Assembly (NCBI GenBank): GCA_951406725.2
Contig: OX597824.1
Span: 51,274,001-51,338,000, forward strand
DNA length: 64,000 nt
Origin: Octopus vulgaris
Lineage: Eukaryota
Direction: 5' to 3'
The notes beneath the pieces are model-generated. The model made no database searches and was not told where the DNA came from. It was given only the letters and a program-made list of their open reading frames with translations. This document shows positions 56,438 through 64,000 of this stretch, piece by piece. The position numbers and the translations under genes were made by a program. The first letter of the stretch is position 1, and the number at the start of each line of letters is the position of its first letter.

Positions 56438-57619
56438 ATATATGATTACATATATGTACATAGTTACATATATATGTATATACATATGCATAAATGGTTA
56501 CAGGACATCATAAAACGTAAACAACATGAAATACGAAAACATGGAACACGAACTTTTTGGCGAACAACGAAAGAAACAAATGGAAAACAAGACAACACCC
56601 TGTATTCCTGAGAGAGTCGTGCGAGGCACCTACTCTTTACGGTCCTATCAGAAGCAAATGTCATTCAACCTTTTGTTTTCTCGTTACACTTTTTCACTTC
56701 CCAACTTTTGCCTCCTCCTTCCTCTCGTCCTTCTCGTGTTTTCTCATAGCCATGCATCCTTTCTCGCTTTTCAAATAAGATCATCCATGTTGTGCATTTG
56801 TGCTTGAAGACTTGGTTGGAAGCACAGGGCATAACATAAATTTGCCTGTTTATTGTGTATTTGCACAGCATGAAACTAATAGTAGCCCGTGTCTAATTTA
56901 CTGTGTATATTAAATGATAGATACATACATGTGAGTATCTGTGTCTGTGTGTGTGTATGCGCGCGTGTGTGTTTATGGTGTGTGTAAATCGTATGTTTAG
57001 AGTTGCTAGATCGTTGAGTTGAATGACTCCTAATATTTTATCTAACATCCTGTTTTATGAGTCCTAATCTTGCTAAGTCAACTCTATTTTCATCTTTTCA
57101 GAGTCGATCGAAAAAGTACCAATCATTGACCGTTGATTGGTGGAACTGTTGGTCGGTTGAGTAAAGTGCATTTTTAGAGCCATACTTTGACGACACTGCT
57201 TTCAAGATATATTGCTCCAAATCAGTGGTCTTTCACCAAGCGTAGGCTGCCGCTAGTCTTTCTTAAATATGCTGCCGAATCGTATTCATACGCGTGCAGA
57301 TATCAGTTATATTTATAGGGTTAGACGCTAGCCATAAGAGATAAACATTTATCTCAATGAATAAAATAGTGGTCGATCAGTTTGGCATCATCATAACATT
57401 ATGGTACACGGTACAGCTTTAGCCTCTCACATTTTACAAGTTTACAAATGATTTATCAGTAAACGTACGCTATGTTTCGGTCCAAACCATAATGGTAATT
57501 AAAAAGCAAAAAGCCGTAGACCATTAGCTACAAGACATAACTGTTACCATCTTCCTAAATTCACTAGCTCATATGCATTGAAACTGTAAGAGTGGCATGC
57601 TTTTCTGTCTCACCCTGAC

Positions 57620-57790
57620 GTTTATCAAAAGGTTTGACTATTTCCATTAACCAAAACTCCACGCCATCATAAACAACAAATGGAAGGACTACATAATCAG
57701 TATTTCTGTCTTAGAAGACAACAACCGAAGAATAGAATCAACCATGACGAAACACCACCTACAATGGTTTAAGCACGCGGTTAGATTAGA
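57620..57790 (+). pseudogene. Ancient RTE-like LINE C-terminal relic
   Basis: FH..KLHAIINNKWKDYI....VLE....IE..MTKHHLQWFKHAVRL resembles the RTE post-RT motif I.W.D.I...EVL...LRW.GHV.R. Confidence 0.5.
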
Positions 57791-59186
57791 GATTTTTTGT
57801 TAAATATTCTTTGTTCTCTTATTAAATATTCTCTGTTAAATATTCGCTGTTGCGAAGACCATATAACATTTTTTTTTAAATAATAAAAAAAATAAGGTTA
57901 AATGGTGAAGTATCGTTGATAAATGAAAGACCTACTTACCTTACGTCTCTGACAACGTTGACTAATAATAACGAAAAATAAAAATAAAAGTGGCTGGTTC
58001 AGCTTTAAAGGAAAACGCAATAAAGACGTCATTCTTATGCAAATTACGGTGTTATTACTATTAGTTGATCAAAATTATTCAATGAGGGAGCAAACAACTG
58101 CATTACAAACTTTTGATTAGTACAACTTGACACGACAGACACATGAGGTGTCCGCTCTTGCTTATTTAGAATGATTGGATGGAAAAACATTCCTAGGTTA
58201 ATAGAAGATGTCTTTTTATTTTTCCAAGTAAATTATTTAAATATGGCAATTCATTCTATTTGAAATCTCTCATGAATTTAATATTATATTTTTTGCTATT
58301 AATAAGATATCCGCTCTAGATATCTTTTCCTGTTGTTTTTTAAGTAAATGTAAAATGTGGTTCCAAACATTTGCAATGATTTCTCATACATTTTCTTCTC
58401 ATTATAACCAGTCATTACAATAGCCTAGATGGGGGCAACTTTTGTCTTTATCGCTGTCCCTGATAGTTGTCGGTACCCTAAGATATCAAATATAAAATAA
58501 ATCATTTTGTAATATTGGTTTCAAATTTTGGCACAAAGCCAGCAATTTCGGGGGAGAAAGTGTGTCGATTGTATCGACTCCAGTACTCAACGGGTACTTA
58601 TTTTATCGATCCCGAGATGTTGGAAAGTAAAGTCGACCACGGCATAAAATTGATTCGTAACATTCATTTCACTCCATCAACGATGAAATTTTTTCGCTGT
58701 GTTCTGACAATTCAAATTGGTGTGTACCAAGTCAATACTTAATCGCTCTGATTCTATAGTTCTGAGTGCATAAATTAACATCAAAAGCAGCAATAACTGT
58801 ATTGTAGCTCACTATTTTTGGTAAGCGACTGGGAATATCTAGACCATCGCGAATAATACAATGTATATATTTTCAGTAAAGGTTGCCTAAATAGCTTCTT
58901 AGACAGTGTTTCACTCGCAGGACCTGACGGAATATCCCAGACTATGAGATTTTGAATTTCTTTCCCAATAATAATAATGTATATAACTTGAGATGTTTGC
59001 CTTGCCTTAACGTTTGTTGACTTCTTTAACAATTATACACCCGCTATATCGGTAATCTGCAATGGCTCCATAACTAGTGCTTCGGCTATAACCTTGGAGC
59101 CCTAGTATTCTGTTACGGCACTTAACTAACGTACTTAATCGTTTAGATCACCTTTAAACTAAACCTCCATATTTTGTATGTATGTA

Positions 59187-59237
<51 letters not shown>

Positions 59238-59487
59238 GTACATACTTACATACATACATACATACATATAACGATCAAAGTTCCTTCCTGAGCCATAGGC
59301 TCATAAGGGACAGTTTCCTGGATTCTGTGGCATATATATTCCCTATATGGACAGGACATCAATCCATCGCAGGATTACTCACTTTTGCCAGAAGTTAAGT
59401 GTTTTGCTCAAGAGCAGAATACATCGCTCCGTTCAGGAGTCGAGACCACAACCTTACGATCATGAGTGCAACGCCCTAACTACTCAG

Positions 59488-59534
<47 letters not shown>

Positions 59535-59711
59535 CACGTACACCACACACATACGCACACGTACGCATGCACACACTTTTGCTTATGTATACAGTTAAAT
59601 CTATACGCTTTTTCGGAAACTCATGTATACGTCGTAACAGTAGCCTTACTCATACATGCAGATGCTTCGAAACCAAGCCAGAGTATAAACGTTTCTCTCC
59701 TCTTTTCTCTC

Positions 59712-59872
59712 CTTTTTCTCTCCTTGTTTTTTTTGTGTCCCTTTCTGTAGAAGAGCGTAGGCTCGAAACGTAAAATACTTTTTCTATTCCTGAGCGTTAT
59801 ACAAATACATCTGTTTGTTTTGTACACCACCTGTCTTCGTCTTTTGTTTGTTTTGTAAACTCTTCCTATATA
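59712..59872 (+). mobile_element. Second copy of the repeat with the CUGUAGA hammerhead variant (59741-59776)
   Basis: Near-identical to 36655-36812. Confidence 0.7.
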
Positions 59873-60214
59873 CGTCTACATACAGATGAATACCAGACCA
59901 GATCGATATTTTATTTTTTTTTACTTTTGTTTCCCAAAAATACAAAATAACAAAACTGTAAAAATGCAGGAATTCAAAGTTCCGGATAGAGAAATTTGGA
60001 ATGAAAAATTATGCGGGTGCGGAAGTTATAGAAATAATAAATCCAAAATTGAAAACAATGGTAGATGGGTAACGATAGAGAACTGTAACTAAATGGAAAT
60101 ATATGAACTCGGTATTTGAAAGTGTGAATGGTTGCAAAGATATCTAAGTGTTTACACCTGATAAACAGGTGTATCTTTTTTAACATTTCTTGGTTGTTTG
60201 ATTAACGTATACAT

Positions 60215-60332
60215 AGGCGTGTAACTCAACATAACTCCAGGTTCAGTCCCAAAGCAGTGTCTCCAACAATATTTTCTGGTCGACCATAGCCTTGTGAGTG
60301 GTTTCGTTTGACAGAAATTGAAGATAGCCTGT

Positions 60333-60395
<63 letters not shown>

Positions 60396-60615
60396 GTGCG
60401 CGTGTCTTTGTACCTATGTTTGTCCCCCACCACTGCTTGACAATCGGTGTTGGTACTTTTGCGCCCTGTAACTGAACGCTTCGAGAAGAGAGACCGATAG
60501 AATAAGTACCAGACTTTAAATATTAAAAGACCGTAGTCAATTTATTCAACTGAAAATTCCTCAAGGCGGTGCTCTCGGACGACCGCAGTCTAATGACTGA
60601 AACAAGTAAAAGATA
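60215..60615 (+). mobile_element. SINE family A, diverged
   Basis: ggttcagtccc B box, ccttgtgagtgg, (GT)n, gatagaataagtacc, family tail. Confidence 0.75.
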
Positions 60616-61059
60616 AATATACAAATGGCATGCAGAAAACATATAAAAATGGAATACATGGATATTATTCAACAAATTAATATATGCAATCAAAATATTT
60701 AAATATTTGTGTAACAGTTGTTTAAGAATTACCTAGGTATAGGTTAAGAAGCAGTGGGGGTGAAGGGAGGGAAAAGAAAAAGCATTTAGTAATTATCGAA
60801 CAATAATTCGACAATAGTCTGGGAGTTGTTTCTTAATAAGTTGTTGACAGTTGATTTGTTATAGCACTGACAGATTTTGCGTAATAGAATTGAAAACATC
60901 AGGATGAAAATTAAAAATATTCTCATTGAAAACATTGCAGACACTGCGAAGTTAAGGGGAAAATTAGAATACATAAATGCAAAGAGATATTAGAAATGCA
61001 TGAATGTACATATATAAGACATGTGCATAAACGAACAAGAATAACTCAGTATTCTTTTA

Positions 61060-61912
61060 TTCGTTTACTTGTTTCAGTCATTTGACTGCGATCATGCTGG
61101 AGCACCGCCTTTAGTCGAATCAAATCGACCCCAGGACTTATTCTTTGTAAGCCTAGTACTTATTCTATCGGTCTCTTTTGCCGAACGGCTAGGTTACGGG
61201 GATCTAAACACACCAGCATCGGTTGTCAAGCGATGTTGGTGGGGGGAAAAAACACAGATGCACAACATATACACACACATACATATATATATATGTAAAA
61301 AAATACAAACTGGGACAAGAACGCAAAACATTTAGAAGACGATACAAAAAAATACAATCTTCAGTCAAGAACGGATCATCCTCGCAATTTCGGCTGATTA
61401 ATCTTGAGATTGCTCCAATCTGGCCATCTCCAAGGCAAATCGAAGCGAAGCGCATTAGATTCCTTGGAATAAAGCCTCGAATGTATACAAAACAAAGACG
61501 GAAAAATGGACGATGTTACACGAATATGAATACAAAAATACAAAAATACGTAAAAACAATAATAAAAAATACGTAAAAACAATAATAACTAAAACAGGAC
61601 GTCGCAGACAGGCGTCTTTCGACAGGACGAGTAAGCTTAGAGCTGGCGTGTTAGAAAACTGCCTTAGGGCAAAGAAAAAAAAACAGTTTCTTATTGAGGT
61701 GCAAGGCTTGTGTGTTGTAGTTTTATGGGGAGGGGAATATACATATATATGACGGACTTGTTTCAGTTTCCGTCTACCAAATCCACTCACAAGGCTTCGG
61801 TCGGCCCGAGGCTATAGTAGAAGACACTTACCCAAGGAGCCACGCAGTGGGACTGAACTCGGAACCATCTGGTTGGTAAGCAAGCTACTTACCACACAGC
61901 CTCTCCTGCGCC
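61060..61912 (-). mobile_element. SINE family A split by a ~450-bp insertion (about 61295-61740) at its internal microsatellite
   Basis: 3' half at 61060-61290 and head at 61750-61912; the insert resembles 44535-44675. Confidence 0.8.
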
Positions 61913-62248
61913 TATGTATAATGGAAGATAAATTGTAGCTTGGCCTTATTATTAAGCTGTTAAACTTAATCTTAATCTTTTATTTTTTACATGATTCACT
62001 CATTAGACAGAGGCCATGCAGAGGCACCGCCTCGAAGAAGTGTTAGTTGAACGAATTGACCTTAGTGCCTTTTTCTTTTAAATCTGGTATTTATTCCTGT
62101 GGTCTCTTTTGCCGGACCGCTAAGTGATGGGAAAGTAAACACAGCAACACCGGTTGTCAAGCGGTGGGGGGGATAAACGCATACACCCACTCACACACAC
62201 ATACACACACATACATAGATATACATATATATATATATTATAATATAT

Positions 62249-62297
<49 letters not shown>

Positions 62298-62300
<3 letters not shown>

Positions 62301-62780
62301 GTACATGACGTCACCAACAGTAAACAACATGAAATACGAAAACAAATGAGTTAAATACGCAAACGGGAGAGAAAATAGAAAACAGGTCGAATAATACAAA
62401 GAATACAAAAAACGACCCTTCATCAGTTGTCGGCTGCCTATCTACCCCCTATTTCGAGCAATCAACCTCAAAATGAGTCTTCGAAGACAGTTGCTCCCAT
62501 AAATACCAAAATAAAATTTGGGATTTATGGAAGGTCAAAGTTTGGAACAAAATCAGGACAGTGAAGACATACAAGGAAACTGAACGAAAACAAACATGGA
62601 GGTTTGTTAGACCAGAACGAGGGGGAAATAGGGAACGCTGGGGGAAATATTTTCTTTGAAAAGAGAAACGATAGAAAAGAGAGATAGGAGACGTCGTCAT
62701 TAGAACGCCCGTGCAAGAAAAGAAAGATGGTAACGTGAGGAAAAGAAAAATGGACGATGGTCACGTGTGAGCAACGAGAG
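62298..62780. repeat. Interspersed repeat family (related to about 17760-17935 inverted and about 56497-56620)
   Basis: Shared gtaca.gacgtca..aaa.gtaaacaacatgaaatacgaaaaca terminus next to TA-rich arrays. Confidence 0.55.
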
Positions 62781-63068
62781 AGAGTGAAAAGAGAAAGAAG
62801 AGAGGGAGAGATAGACAGACAGACAAACAGATAGAAAATGGGGAAAATGATAAAAAGGGAATTAGAGAAAGATGGGAGATAAGACAGTATAAATTAGAGT
62901 CGCATCAAAAGGTTAAGATAAAATTACTTGGAAATGGATGCGTGGTGTTCAAATAAATAATAATATAAATGATATATGTGTGTGTGTGTATGCATATATG
63001 GATATATATATATACATATATACATACATGCATATATATATGTGTAGGGTGCAATGGGTAGTTTGTCG

Positions 63069-63863
63069 CTATTTTATATTTTTCATTTCGTGCATGCGCA
63101 TCGTTTGCATTTGATTTTGTCGACTACACTGCATAGGATCCTTTGGTGAGTACCCATTGTTGCTCACCTTCTTCCTCTTGCGGCCCTTCTTTGAGGAGTT
63201 CTCCGCCTCCTCGTACGTCTTCATTCCCTCTCCTGCAGAGGTCTCAATCAACTTCTCCAGGACCTTTCTTTGTTCCTGGGGACAGTTATTCTTTATATGG
63301 CCAGGCTCCAGGCACCAATGACACCTGGGGGGACGACTCTCAAGAATCACCGGGTGCCTGCACACGACCATTTTCAAAAAATCTGGAGAAACCAGATTGG
63401 CTGATTGGGTCCAAAGGGTCAAAACAGCTTTTGACCCAACAGTCGCAGGAAAAACTTTCACATTAAGGAACTAAGCTCCACTGCCACCCAGACCCCGGCT
63501 GATAGTCTCCTCTATCCACTCGGGTTTTATTCCGGGTGGCAACCCGCAAACCCAAGCTCTTGTCAATCTCTTTCCACAATACGTAGGAAGAAACAAAATT
63601 TCTTTGCCCTCTAAGGGCTGGCTCGCAAATATGCGACCTCTTCAGGGGTGTCAAATAGCAACCACACCGTTGCGCATTTTACCCCCACCACCACCACTGG
63701 AAATGAATTTAATAGTTGGTAGATACTCTGCCAACCCCTTTTCAATTACAGTCTTTTCAAACAGGTCGATGGTGTCGAGCGACATGGAGTAAGTCCTCAA
63801 CACCACCGTCTTCTCTTCGCGGTCTTTCAGCCACTGTTTGGGTGGTATGGTATAATTTCCCAT
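63069..63863 (-). pseudogene. LINE ORF1 (gag-like) fragment
   Basis: RPPRCHWCLEPGHIKNNC zinc knuckle followed by basic KKGRKRKK; upstream part is frameshifted. Confidence 0.7.
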
Positions 63864-64000
63864 TCCAAAACATTGTCTTTTTTCATTGCCATTTTTTTAT
63901 TGTAATAACAGTTCAAAAATAGTTCAAAATAAAACTTTGAAAGAGAGACGAAAAGAAAGAAATCAAAAGAAAGTCACAATAAAATGGAACGAAGAAAAGG

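Noticed and set aside
61355-61435. Hammerhead-like remnants in the 44535/61295/62298 repeat families
   Set aside because: CUGANGA and GAAA elements are out of order or too degenerate to assemble a core.

Overview
AT-rich, microsatellite-saturated eukaryotic intergenic or intronic DNA. The SINE and LINE repertoire resembles that of octopus (cephalopod); this is inferred, not proven. No intact host gene could be supported, and almost all ORFs in the track are translations of (TA)n, (CA)n or trinucleotide repeats. Retroelements: a degenerate Tx1/L1-like LINE lacking its RT domain (1-3670), a near full-length decayed RTE LINE with three C-terminal C2H2 fingers (minus strand, about 7929-12243), a second LINE ORF1 fragment at the right end, Penelope-like relics (a Naiad-type RT/GIY-YIG fragment and another GIY-YIG fragment), and at least four tRNA-derived SINE families. 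DNA elements: non-autonomous Helitrons, a mariner relic and a Tc1-type MITE. The most striking signal is a dense population of minimal type-I hammerhead ribozyme (HHR) motifs, more than ten counting degenerate ones. They are carried by non-coding elements that sit in (TA)n arrays, form tail-outward inverted pairs, and in one case are fused to a tRNA-derived Pol III head. All RNA structures were folded by eye, and coordinates of degenerate repeats are approximate.
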